Positions 9,627 through 19,306 of a DNA stretch of 64,000 bases are shown in pieces. Under the pieces are notes generated by a model. It saw nothing but the letters and a program-made list of their open reading frames with translations, was not told where the DNA came from and searched no databases. Position 1 is the first letter of the stretch; the number at the start of each line of letters is the position of its first letter. The DNA is taken from contig JBPCLP010000013.1 of the NCBI GenBank assembly GCA_051003195.1, forward strand, positions 64,001 to 128,000, written 5' to 3'. This DNA comes from Candidatus Sumerlaeaceae bacterium (GTDB lineage Bacteria; Sumerlaeota; Sumerlaeia; Sumerlaeales; Sumerlaeaceae). The position numbers and the translations under genes are program-made.

Positions 9627-11081
9627 ATGCCATACGATAACCTCCGTACGTTCATTTCAGCACTGGAATCTGCCGGCGAGCTGAAGCGCATTTCCGCACC
9701 AATTGACGCGAGCCTCGAAGTCACGGAAGTTGCCGACCGCGTGATGAAGTCGCCCGGTGGCGGACCTGCCCTGCTTTTCACCAATCTCAAACATACCAGC
9801 CGAATGCCGCTTCTGATCAACGCATTTGGGTCACGCAAACGCATGCAAATGGTCTGCGGAGCCGAGAAGATTTCCGACGTGACGGACAACTTCCTAGCGA
9901 TGCTGGAGCCCAAGGGTAGCATGAACTTCATGGAGAAGCTCAAGATGCTGCCAAAGCTGAAGCAGTTGAATGATCTTTTCCCCGTGGAAGTGCCGCTGCG
10001 GCAAGCTCCATGCATGGAGATCGAAGTAGCCGATGCCTCGTTCGATCTGCTGCCCGTTTGCAAGTGCTGGCCGCAGGACGGGGGCCCGTTTATCACGATG
10101 CCAATGGTGTTCAGCCGCGACCCACGCACCAACGCCACGAACGTCGGACTGTACCGGCTGCAGATTTACGATTCGAAGACATGCGGCATGCACTGGCACC
10201 TGCACAAAGGCGGGGCCGAGCATCTGCGCCAGATGGCCGAGCGCGGCGAGAAGCTGCCGGTGGCGATTGCGCTTGGCGGCGGGCCGGCGGAAATCTTCAG
10301 CGCGGCTTGTCCACTGCCACCTGATATTTATGAGATGATGTTCGCGGGACTGTTGCGAGGAGAGCCGGTGAAGATGACGCGGTGCCGCGCCAGTGATCTG
10401 TTGGTTCCCGCCGAAGCCGAAGTCATCCTTGAGGGCTTTGTCGATCCCGGCGAGCTGAGGCTGGAAGGACCGTTTGGCGATCACACCGGCTACTACTCGC
10501 TGGCAGACATGTATCCAGTCTTTCACCTGACGCATATGAGCCATCGGCGTGACCCGATTTACATCCACACTATCGTGGGCGTACCGCCGATGGAAGACGC
10601 ATATATGGGCGAAGCGATCGAGGCACTGTTTACGCCGATCATGAAAAAGCAGATGCCTGAAGTCGTCGATATGCACATGCCCGTCGAGGGTGTGTTTCAC
10701 AACCTCATGATCGTTTCGATCCGCAAAGCATACCCGGGCCACGCGCGGAAGATCATGCACTCTGTCTGGGGACTTGGCCAGGCGATGTTCACCAAGCTGA
10801 TCGTTGTCGTGGATGCGGACGTGAACATCCGCGACTATCGCGAACTGGCATGGCGTGCGCTGAATTGCGTCGATTACGCAAGGGACGTGGAAATCGTGAA
10901 GGGCCCGGTCGATGATCTCGACCACGCCAGCCAGCTCCACCGGTTCGGCGGCAAGATGGGAATCGATGCCACAACCAAGTGGGCCAGCGAAGGCTTTACC
11001 CGTGAGTGGCCGGAAGTCATCCGAATGAGCGACGATATAAAACAGCGAGTCGACCAGATGTGGGGCAAGCTGGGACTGTGA
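9627..11081 (+). CDS. ubiD: UbiD-family (prFMN) decarboxylase, menaquinone futalosine-pathway type
   Basis: NVGLYRLQ, EGPFGDHTGYY, GQAMFTK, LDHAS...GGKMGIDAT. Confidence 0.92.
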   Translation: MPYDNLRTFISALESAGELKRISAPIDASLEVTEVADRVMKSPGGGPALLFTNLKHTSRMPLLINAFGSRKRMQMVCGAEKISDVTDNFLAMLEPKGSMNFMEKLKMLPKLKQLNDLFPVEVPLRQAPCMEIEVADASFDLLPVCKCWPQDGGPFITMPMVFSRDPRTNATNVGLYRLQIYDSKTCGMHWHLHKGGAEHLRQMAERGEKLPVAIALGGGPAEIFSAACPLPPDIYEMMFAGLLRGEPVKMTRCRASDLLVPAEAEVILEGFVDPGELRLEGPFGDHTGYYSLADMYPVFHLTHMSHRRDPIYIHTIVGVPPMEDAYMGEAIEALFTPIMKKQMPEVVDMHMPVEGVFHNLMIVSIRKAYPGHARKIMHSVWGLGQAMFTKLIVVVDADVNIRDYRELAWRALNCVDYARDVEIVKGPVDDLDHASQLHRFGGKMGIDATTKWASEGFTREWPEVIRMSDDIKQRVDQMWGKLGL

Positions 11082-11653
11082 CGCGCACACTGATCGTCTC
11101 CTCCAGCTTTAACCCGGCAAGTAGAAGCAACCAGCTCGCGAGCATGCTCACGGAGCGTCTGCAGGGTAGTGGCCACGAGGCGACACACCGGGCGCTCAAA
11201 GAGATAAGTTTGCCGGACGTGAACCATCCCAGCCTCTTCGAATCCGAGTCCTTCCGCGACTGCGCACAGCAGGTGCGAGACGCGAATGCTCTCATTTTGG
11301 CGAGCCCGGTTTACAATTGGAGCCTGAGCGCAGAACTTAAAAAGTTCATCGAAGTTATTGGCTCCACGGACTCTGCGCATCCCAGCCCGTTCTTCGACAA
11401 GCTGGTCTCGTTCGTTTTTGCCGCCGGTCTACCACACAGCTACATGGTACTGCAGACCGCCGCTATTCCGCTGATGCTTGACTTTCGCTGCATCATCAAC
11501 CCGCACCAAGCCTATCTTCACAACCGCCACTGGGACGAGAACGAAACACTGACACCTGAAGGAAGCGCAAAGCTCGACCAGATGCTGAAAGCTCACCTGG
11601 AACTTACTACGCGCCTACAAGGCTATCAGCTCACCAACAGCTGGCAGGTGTAG
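11078..11653 (+). CDS. NAD(P)H-dependent FMN reductase (flavodoxin fold)
   Basis: SSS..PASRS and LASPVYNWSLSAELKKFIE motifs; GTG start overlaps the ubiD stop (GTGA). Confidence 0.85.
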   Translation: MTRTLIVSSSFNPASRSNQLASMLTERLQGSGHEATHRALKEISLPDVNHPSLFESESFRDCAQQVRDANALILASPVYNWSLSAELKKFIEVIGSTDSAHPSPFFDKLVSFVFAAGLPHSYMVLQTAAIPLMLDFRCIINPHQAYLHNRHWDENETLTPEGSAKLDQMLKAHLELTTRLQGYQLTNSWQV

Positions 11654-11665
11654 CAAGACGCCGGG

Positions 11666-12958
11666 CTACTCGCCCGGGATGAACTCCGCCAGCCTGCTGT
11701 GCAATTTGCGCGGTACAATCGCTTCAACATACGTGTGATCATCCGCTTCCCCATCACCATGACTCACCGAACGCACCTGTGCCTCACGGTGCAGCATGGA
11801 AACGACATCGTGCCGATCGGGCGGAATCCGCAGTCGCAGATGCTCCAGGTCATGGCCGGCCAGGTCCGACATCTTTGCCGCGAGCTCCTGCAGGCCTTCA
11901 GCGGTGACTGTACTGGTGATTACGACGCGGTCGTAACCTTCCATCAGCGGACCAAGCATGGAACGATCCTCTAGAAGGTCGACTTTATTGAGAACGAGAA
12001 TGGTTGGCTTGTCGAGCGCACCGAGTTCCTCAAGCACCTGCTCGGTAGCCTTGCGCTGTTCCAGCGCATTGGGATGGCTCGCATCCACTACGTGCACGAG
12101 CAGCGTCGCAATCTGCGCCTCTTCCAGCGTCGCTTTGAACGCTTCAACAAGCGTGTGCGGCAGCTTGCGGATGAATCCTACCGTATCCGTAAGCAGCAGC
12201 AACTGACCATTCGGCAGCGTAATCTTTCGTGTCGTTGGGTCCAGGGTTGCAAACAGCTTGTCTTCCTCCAGCACCCCCGCGCCGGTCATGGCGTTCAATA
12301 GGGAGGACTTGCCGGCGTTTGTGTAGCCGACAATCGCCGCCTGCGGCAACGGAATCTCACTGCGGCTCTTGCGCTGCGTCGCCCGAACACGACGCACATG
12401 CTGCAGGTCGCGCTTCAGGCGGTCGATCTGGTTGCGGACGAGGCGGCGGTCTACTTCGAGCTGCGCTTCACCGGCGCCGCCGCGGGCACCGCCACCGCCG
12501 CGCTGGCGCTCAAGGTGGGTCCATGCGCGGGTCAGCCGCGGCAGCGAGTATTCGGCTCTTGCCAGGGCGACCTGAAGCCGCGCCTCACGCGTTTGCGCAC
12601 GATCCGCGAATATGCCGAGAATTACTTCGCGGCGGTCGATCACTGCTTTTTCAGTCAGTTTTTCCCAGTTACGCTGCTGAGATGGCGACAAATCGTCATC
12701 GAAAATAATAACGTCTGCGCCAAAAGCCTCTGCCGCCGCGGCAATCTGGTCCGCCTTACCTGCACCAACCAGAAATCGCGGCGTGATCTCACGCAGGGCA
12801 ACGAGTTCCTCTCCGAATGCGGGAATGCCATACGTGTTGGATAGGCTCTTAAGCTCTTCCAGGTGCTCGGCCGCCTCAATTGCTGTCATACCAGGGCGGC
12901 GGACCCCAACGAGGTAGGCACCTAATGCTTTCTTCGAAGTCGATTCAATCTCGTGCAT
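11666..12958 (-). CDS. hflX: Ribosome-splitting GTPase HflX
   Basis: GYTNAGKSS, LFATLDPT, DTVGFI and NKVD. Confidence 0.97.
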   Translation of the reverse strand: MHEIESTSKKALGAYLVGVRRPGMTAIEAAEHLEELKSLSNTYGIPAFGEELVALREITPRFLVGAGKADQIAAAAEAFGADVIIFDDDLSPSQQRNWEKLTEKAVIDRREVILGIFADRAQTREARLQVALARAEYSLPRLTRAWTHLERQRGGGGARGGAGEAQLEVDRRLVRNQIDRLKRDLQHVRRVRATQRKSRSEIPLPQAAIVGYTNAGKSSLLNAMTGAGVLEEDKLFATLDPTTRKITLPNGQLLLLTDTVGFIRKLPHTLVEAFKATLEEAQIATLLVHVVDASHPNALEQRKATEQVLEELGALDKPTILVLNKVDLLEDRSMLGPLMEGYDRVVITSTVTAEGLQELAAKMSDLAGHDLEHLRLRIPPDRHDVVSMLHREAQVRSVSHGDGEADDHTYVEAIVPRKLHSRLAEFIPGE

Positions 12959-13023
12959 CTAAGGCACTACCATACCGAATGTAAAATGCTCGACGGCTCG
13001 CTCACCGTATTATCGTGGCATGG

Positions 13024-13581
13024 TTACTGGGTACGGATGTCGACGTTCACATTCTGGCGGCCCCAGGCGTTTGCCTGGTCGTGGCGCTTGTAAAAGATAT
13101 CGATTCGATCCGGCCCTTTGATATCACGTCCACGATCGGTTACGGTGCCCCATCCCCAGCCGGGCACATACATTCTGGTGCCGAACGGGTAATAGCGCGT
13201 GTCGGCGGCAATGGCGCCAGGCCGCGACGTAACGTTCCATGGCAGCACGCGAAATGGAATCATGTATGGCCGTTTCGCGGTATCCGTTGAAAACAGACCG
13301 GGCTTTGGTGTAACAAGCTTTCCGCCGCTCGCCGTTTTCCCGGTGTACTTGTCACCCCGGTCCGGCCCCTCGCTTACGTAGCGATTCCACTTATCCAGTT
13401 TCAGAAACTTCCAGCTTCCCCGCGTGTAACCGTTACAGCTACCGCATTTGCAATAAGCTGTCACTTCCATTTGCCGCACAGCGGCACAAGTTGGATGCGC
13501 CAGCAGAAGCAGCGCACCTCCCACGGCCCACAGACAATACCTTGAAAATACACAACCAGATATATACCAGCGCATCAGCAT
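13024..13581 (-). CDS. Secreted 3D-domain (MltA-like) protein
   Basis: Signal peptide; VTAY, TASG, IAAD..YYPFGT..YVPG.G..TVTDRG..IKG..RIDIF. Confidence 0.85.
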   Translation of the reverse strand: MLMRWYISGCVFSRYCLWAVGGALLLLAHPTCAAVRQMEVTAYCKCGSCNGYTRGSWKFLKLDKWNRYVSEGPDRGDKYTGKTASGGKLVTPKPGLFSTDTAKRPYMIPFRVLPWNVTSRPGAIAADTRYYPFGTRMYVPGWGWGTVTDRGRDIKGPDRIDIFYKRHDQANAWGRQNVNVDIRTQ

Positions 13582-13789
13582 GCTCCAGCGGTAGCGATTC
13601 AGCAGAACTTAATATCAGGCTTGGCCCTCGCGATTAAAAACTCCAGCAGAATCTAGTGTGCCGTCCCAGAAGTTCATAGCTATACTTCAGGAAGCTATCG
13701 AGCTCGGACGGCACACAAAACCAGTGAACGAATTAATGGGACACCATACGCGCACAGTTTTGGCCGCTTGCGTGGTTGCGGGTTCATTC

Positions 13790-16700
13790 TTACCAGTCGA
13801 TATCTTCCATCGTGGCCGAGGGATTGAATTGCAGCCGTTTCCACAGCTCAAGTCGCTTCTCGACAGGTGCATCAGCCTCGGGGTAGTCTTTCGGCAGCCA
13901 GGGATATGCATCTGCAACGAGCAGCGTCCCTTTGCTTGTTGCCGCGTACACAGAGCGTCCATCTCGCGTGAAACTGCACGACAGCAGTTCCTGGTCGTCT
14001 GCATGCACATCGAACACAGGGATCACTTCTCGCCCGGAATCTGTTTCCCATAGCTTCGCGGTACCATCATCGCTGCAAGTCACGAGGCGGGAAGAATCGG
14101 GGTTAAAGCTGATCCCATGAACGTAACTCGTGTGGCCCGTCATCGTTGTGAGCTGATCCCCGGTTTCTGCGGAAAACAACTTGGCAGTTCTGTCGGTCGA
14201 CCCTGTTGCAATACGTTTCCCATCTGGGGTAAACTCCGCCACGAGAACCGGACGCTGGTGTGCGCGGAAGGCAGAAATGGTCGTGCCACTTGCAACGTCA
14301 AAAACTCCTGCAAAGCCGTCGAACAATCCCACAAAGATGTTCTTTGAATCCGGGCTGAACTGTAAACTGCTCACGAGCACGTTAGGCCCACTCACATTCC
14401 GAATGGTTCGAATCAATCGCCACGACTGGGGATCATAAAGTGAGACTATATTACGATAACCCCCCGTTGCCGCCAGCTTCCCATCGGGACTGAACGTACA
14501 CGAGTACACCGTTCCCTCGCCCAGTCCGGCGAGTACGCTGCTTGTTCGCACGTCCAGTCCGGACGCGCGCATCGTACGTTCATCTATCATGATCCGCTTC
14601 GTCCAATCGGGACTAAATGCCGAGAAGAAGGACTGTATCACAATCTTGCGGTTACCCGCGGTAAATACCGTCTGCCCGGAAGGAACGTTATAACGAGCAT
14701 CATAGTTTTTCCAGTCGCGGCCGCGTTCAACCGGATAGCAAATTACGCGGTCTGTTTCCAAAGCCTCCTCCGGCTTGATGGCGCCTCCCGGCGAGATAGA
14801 AGCACCGTTTACGATAGACGACACATCCCACAGCTTCACGGTATCCCAGTTCGTGGTAATGAGCCGTTTCCCGTCCGGGCTGAAAAATACCGCGTACATC
14901 TGCGTGCCGGCCTGCAACATACCAAGCTGTCGCGAAGTTTCCGCATCCCACACGCGGCAGATTCCTGAGTCGTCGGACGTGGCAATGCGCTTGCCATCCG
15001 TACTATACGACGCACAATGCATCCAGTCTCCCGGGCTCTCCAGCATTTGAAGCTGGGCAGTTGAATGCGCATCGAATACCCGTACAATTTTATCCGATCC
15101 CGCGGTCATGATTTGCGAGCCGTCCGGGCTGAAATTCACGCTGTGAACGGCTTTCCGATTTTCGGTAATCCTGCGCAGCCACGCGCCGCTGCGCGCATCC
15201 CAAACATCGACCGTGCTATCAAGGGAGCCCGTTACAAAGCTCGCTCCATCCGGGCTGTAGTGGAGATCGTATACCACTCCGCCACGGCGCTCAAGCTTTT
15301 GAAGCAGTTTGCCAGAATTCGCATCCCATATCCGGATCATTCGGTCTGCGCCACAAGTCGCAATCTGAGTCCCGTCCACGTTAAAGTCTACCCCGCGGAG
15401 AATGTCTGTACTGCCCCGCAGCATTGTAACAACGCGAAGATTGGTCGCATCCAGAACGCTGCCGACATGATCCAGCCCGGCCACGCCAATGCGGCTTCCA
15501 TCACGGCTCCAGGCTAATCTCCAGGCCATGCGCTTGTGAGGCCTTTCGTGTGCCAGGTTACGGCCGGACTGCGAATCGTACAACGTCACGTTGCCGTCGC
15601 GATCCCCAGTCGCGATCCTGTCGCCCTTCGGGTTGTATTCAGCATGCAACACTCCGCCGGGAGTCTCGTACCTGGCCAGCGTCATTACGTCCGGTGAGCT
15701 CTTCCTGACGAGAAATCCCCATTCCCAGTTGTGCAGCCCTGCCGGTGTTTTCGTAAATAGTAGCTCCCGCGCTTTGTTTACTCGCCCCTGGCGAATATTA
15801 GCGTCCGCATAACCAATGTTCGCAAAGTATTGTTCGTGTTCTGCCACATTGCGCAACTGCTCCGACTGCGCACGCTGCGCCTCTGCATCCTTCTGCGCAT
15901 TTTCAGCAACGAGTTTTAGCCGGAATGCTTCTTGTTTTCCAGAAGTCTCCCGCTCCTTCAGGAGAACCTGCAAACGCGAGCGGCGTTGCTCCTGGGCTAT
16001 AATCGCTACACACATTGCCAGAAGAAGCAGCATGACACCTATCCCCGCCCCCAGCCATCGATTGCGCTGGCGGGCCTTTGCGGCCAGCTCGTGCACCCGC
16101 GTCGATTCGGCTTTAAGTTGGTTCTCCTCGAATAATGCGTCTCGCCGTGCATCAAGTGTGCGCAATCGGCGTGCAAGTTCCGCCGCACTTCCCAGCCGTC
16201 GCTCAGGGCGTCCGTCCACACACGCGTTAATATCCTGGAGGAGCAGTTCGTCTGATATTTCGCGCTGCCATCCAGTCGCCAGTGCATGCTGCAGGTTCCC
16301 AATGACAATCTGGTAAAGAACCACGCCCAGCGAGTAGATATCAGAACTCGTCGTGACTGGCTGGCCTTCCATCAGCTCGGGTGCCATGTAGAGTCGCGTT
16401 CCTGAATTGGTGGAATAGCCATCGGACGCAGTTTGTGTCATCCCAAGCGCCGTAATACCTTTTGCCGCCAGCAGCTCCCTGTCGAGGACCAGCCCAATTC
16501 CGAAGTCGATCATACGCACTTGCGGCTGGTCACCGGGCTCCTGTTCGACGACCAGAATGTTCGACGGTTTTATATCCTTGTGCAGAATTCCAACAGAGTG
16601 CGCTGCGGCAACCGCGTCCGCCACCTGCGCTACGAGTTCCAGGCGCATCGCCAGAGTGATGTTCGCGAGGCCACCATGTTCGTCCGCCCAGATTGGAAGT

Positions 16701-17662
16701 GCCAGTCCGCCGACGTATTCAAATTCCAGGTAAAACGGCGGCTCATCGAATTGCCAATCGAGGACGCGGGCGATATCGGAGCGGTCGCCCAGAGTTTCCT
16801 TTAACAGGCGGAAAACCGTTACCTCGCGCTGGAGCGCACGTAACTGCTGGTGATCGAAACAGAATTTGAACACGCGACGCTCGCCCGTACCTCGTTGGCT
16901 GGCGAGCCACACCTCACCTCCACCCCCGCTGCCGAGCCTCTGGACAAGTGACCAGTTGGGCCGGCGGGGCATATCAAGTCCTGGGGCGGGTCTCCAACGA
17001 ACGGCTGTGTCCGAACTGTCGGTATCAGGCACGTGGTGCGCTTTTTCGTGGTCCAACGGCGGCACGAGAGGCGAAGAGCCCTCTATTCCGACTTCAAAGA
17101 CCGCCAGCGGCCGATCGTGGCCTTTGAATAGATAACGCCCGTGCGAACGCCACATCAGCTTTGGAAAGCGGGTGCTGCCGGACAGACGTTGGCGCGCGTT
17201 CTCGAACACAGGATAGGAGAGCAGCGTCTGCCCCGGCAGTGCGAGTGACTGGATACGTGCGGCCAGATCCACGGCAAAGCCTTCCAGCTGCACGCGCGAA
17301 GATGATTCATCCGGATGACGCAACTCGGTCACTTCGCCCATGTGCATTCCGATTCGTACACGGGGCAGATCGGCATCGGTTGTGTGTGCCTGTTGCAGCA
17401 GCAGCGCGAACGCAACGGCCTGGCTCGGGATGGGCCAGGTAAGCAGAAATCCGTCGCCAGTGCGGTTAACGATCGTGCCCTCGGTTTCCCGAGTCAGTTG
17501 TCGTACAAGCTGCTGGTGGCGCGCAATGCGTTCAGCGCCGGCAGCATCCCCCAGTTTGCGTTTTAACGCGGTGCTGCCCGCGAGATCTGTGAAAACAACC
17601 GTCAGGACCCGCGCATTCGAAACGGTATAACCTGGGGTAGTTTCGACCTGTTGTGAAGACAT
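13790..17662 (-). CDS. Class III nucleotidyl cyclase + Hanks-type Ser/Thr kinase + TM + coiled coil + WD40 repeats
   Basis: Cyclase: VFTDLAGST, TGDGF, RIGMHMGE, G.AVDLAARI. Kinase: LGSGGGGEVW, HKDIKPSN, DFG, YMAPE. TM: WLGAGIGVMLLLLAMCVAII. Many FSPDG...WD repeats follow. Confidence 0.9.
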   Translation of the reverse strand: MSSQQVETTPGYTVSNARVLTVVFTDLAGSTALKRKLGDAAGAERIARHQQLVRQLTRETEGTIVNRTGDGFLLTWPIPSQAVAFALLLQQAHTTDADLPRVRIGMHMGEVTELRHPDESSSRVQLEGFAVDLAARIQSLALPGQTLLSYPVFENARQRLSGSTRFPKLMWRSHGRYLFKGHDRPLAVFEVGIEGSSPLVPPLDHEKAHHVPDTDSSDTAVRWRPAPGLDMPRRPNWSLVQRLGSGGGGEVWLASQRGTGERRVFKFCFDHQQLRALQREVTVFRLLKETLGDRSDIARVLDWQFDEPPFYLEFEYVGGLALPIWADEHGGLANITLAMRLELVAQVADAVAAAHSVGILHKDIKPSNILVVEQEPGDQPQVRMIDFGIGLVLDRELLAAKGITALGMTQTASDGYSTNSGTRLYMAPELMEGQPVTTSSDIYSLGVVLYQIVIGNLQHALATGWQREISDELLLQDINACVDGRPERRLGSAAELARRLRTLDARRDALFEENQLKAESTRVHELAAKARQRNRWLGAGIGVMLLLLAMCVAIIAQEQRRSRLQVLLKERETSGKQEAFRLKLVAENAQKDAEAQRAQSEQLRNVAEHEQYFANIGYADANIRQGRVNKARELLFTKTPAGLHNWEWGFLVRKSSPDVMTLARYETPGGVLHAEYNPKGDRIATGDRDGNVTLYDSQSGRNLAHERPHKRMAWRLAWSRDGSRIGVAGLDHVGSVLDATNLRVVTMLRGSTDILRGVDFNVDGTQIATCGADRMIRIWDANSGKLLQKLERRGGVVYDLHYSPDGASFVTGSLDSTVDVWDARSGAWLRRITENRKAVHSVNFSPDGSQIMTAGSDKIVRVFDAHSTAQLQMLESPGDWMHCASYSTDGKRIATSDDSGICRVWDAETSRQLGMLQAGTQMYAVFFSPDGKRLITTNWDTVKLWDVSSIVNGASISPGGAIKPEEALETDRVICYPVERGRDWKNYDARYNVPSGQTVFTAGNRKIVIQSFFSAFSPDWTKRIMIDERTMRASGLDVRTSSVLAGLGEGTVYSCTFSPDGKLAATGGYRNIVSLYDPQSWRLIRTIRNVSGPNVLVSSLQFSPDSKNIFVGLFDGFAGVFDVASGTTISAFRAHQRPVLVAEFTPDGKRIATGSTDRTAKLFSAETGDQLTTMTGHTSYVHGISFNPDSSRLVTCSDDGTAKLWETDSGREVIPVFDVHADDQELLSCSFTRDGRSVYAATSKGTLLVADAYPWLPKDYPEADAPVEKRLELWKRLQFNPSATMEDIDW

Positions 17663-17681
17663 GCTGGAAGAACCTATAACG

Positions 17682-19187
17682 TCATATGACGTAGGTGTAC
17701 TCAGCTACCTGTGCCGAGCCTTCGGAGCCATACTGTGTACCATTGTTCAGCCGATTTCGCAAAGCCAGAGTTTTGATGAGTCGAATTGCAACCGCCGGGT
17801 TTGCCATTACAAATTGTTCGAGCTCGGCTGCATTGAACATAAGAGCCCACACCGGTTCATCCGCGCGGATAGTTGCGGTTCTTGGCCGCCCGGTCAGCGT
17901 TGCGTTCTCCCCCATGAAACTTCCTTCTCGCGACTCACGAGCAATCGCATTGCCATCACGCTGCACCACAACGGCTCCGCTTAGCAGTACGAACGTGCGA
18001 TAAGCGTCTTCACCCTGGCAGCAAAGCACTTCGTCTTTCTTAAAATGAACATAGCTCAGGATAGGTCGCGGTGCGGAACAGATGGAATACCACAGGGGAT
18101 CCACCAGGCCATCGATCACTGGCCGGATCGCGGCATCGCCTGTGATATGCACTTTGAGCTGATCGGATTCTGCCGTGCTTTCGCGCGGCGCAATTCCGTA
18201 CAACGCATGCAGCGCGGCCAGAGCTTCAGCTGCACCGCCCGGGCGATTACTCGGCTCCATTGCTACGAGTTGCATGATGAACTGTTCCAGCTCAAGTCGG
18301 CAGGGCCGAAAATCAGAAAGTGGCGGCAGGCCAGCCACGGTATTGCTTGAAGAATGCAGAAGAACCTGCTGGTGAAGGTCGAGGCGCAGTCCCGTATAAA
18401 GCGACCAGGCCGTGGCGCCGAGGCCCCACAAGTCCGTCCGCGCGCCAAACCACCGGCGATTGCACTCGCGCTGCTCCGGCGACTGGTAACCAGGAGAACC
18501 CAACCCGGTCTCCACAATATGGTGCGACACCAGCGAGCCCTGGCTTATTCCGAAATCCGTCAGCACGAAATGACCCGCACTGTCGCGAAGAATGTTGCCC
18601 GGTTTTATATCCAGGTGCAGGATGCTGGCCTGATGAGCGGCGTTCAGTGCACTCAGAATGTCACGCAGGAGCGCGACCAGGGTGGCCTCATCAATAGGCT
18701 TGCCGAGGAAGTAGTCGGTGTCGAGCAGGCTGCCGTCGGGGTGGTATTCCACCGCCATGAAACACGGGCTGCGTTCAAACGACCAGTCGTACAGCCGGAT
18801 AATGCGCTCGTGCTGCAAAGGCAATAACGCGGAAACTTCACGCTTCAGCATCGAAAGCTGATTGCCCGCTTCCGGCCGGTGGAAAAATTTAATCGCCACC
18901 AGTTCTGGCGGGATAGTCCGGGGATCGCCCGTTTCCAGGCAGGTGGCCCTGTAAACCGACCCGAATCCACCACGGCCAAGCTGGCTTTCCAGCCGGTAAC
19001 GGAACACGCCGTGAATCTCTGTGCCTTCCCCAAGGATGACTGGTTCGGCGCCACGCCCACTGCTACCCCGACGGTTGGGTGCCAGTTCGGTATCCAGGCG
19101 GCTGTCATGGGCCGCGGCAAGGCCGCTGCCGGTCGGCTCCGCGTTCACGGTTGGTGTGCTGTCTGGGAGATTGCTGTCAGGTATCAT
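17682..19187 (-). CDS. Ser/Thr protein kinase with C-terminal cyclic-nucleotide-binding domain
   Basis: Kinase: LGRGGFGSVY, VAIK, HLDIKPGN, DFG, YQSPE. cNMP cassette: QGE...FVLLSG.V...GSFMGE..TLTGRPRTATIRA. Start uncertain (19187 or 19253). Confidence 0.88.
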   Translation of the reverse strand: MIPDSNLPDSTPTVNAEPTGSGLAAAHDSRLDTELAPNRRGSSGRGAEPVILGEGTEIHGVFRYRLESQLGRGGFGSVYRATCLETGDPRTIPPELVAIKFFHRPEAGNQLSMLKREVSALLPLQHERIIRLYDWSFERSPCFMAVEYHPDGSLLDTDYFLGKPIDEATLVALLRDILSALNAAHQASILHLDIKPGNILRDSAGHFVLTDFGISQGSLVSHHIVETGLGSPGYQSPEQRECNRRWFGARTDLWGLGATAWSLYTGLRLDLHQQVLLHSSSNTVAGLPPLSDFRPCRLELEQFIMQLVAMEPSNRPGGAAEALAALHALYGIAPRESTAESDQLKVHITGDAAIRPVIDGLVDPLWYSICSAPRPILSYVHFKKDEVLCCQGEDAYRTFVLLSGAVVVQRDGNAIARESREGSFMGENATLTGRPRTATIRADEPVWALMFNAAELEQFVMANPAVAIRLIKTLALRNRLNNGTQYGSEGSAQVAEYTYVI

Positions 19188-19306
19188 GATTATGCAGAGC
19201 CCGTTAGCTCCCAGGAACGTTGCCCGACAAAACTTCGATTCTGGCAGCAACAAAAAGTCTTGCTACCTATGCCAGAGCGGTATTGCAAGCCCGGAGAAGC
19301 TAAAAT

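Noticed and set aside
13790..17662. Cyclase gene as a Pycsar/CBASS defence system
   Set aside because: There is no adjacent TIR or TM effector of the described Pycsar type and no CD-NTase. The architecture fits a receptor kinase, so it is kept as a signalling hypothesis only.
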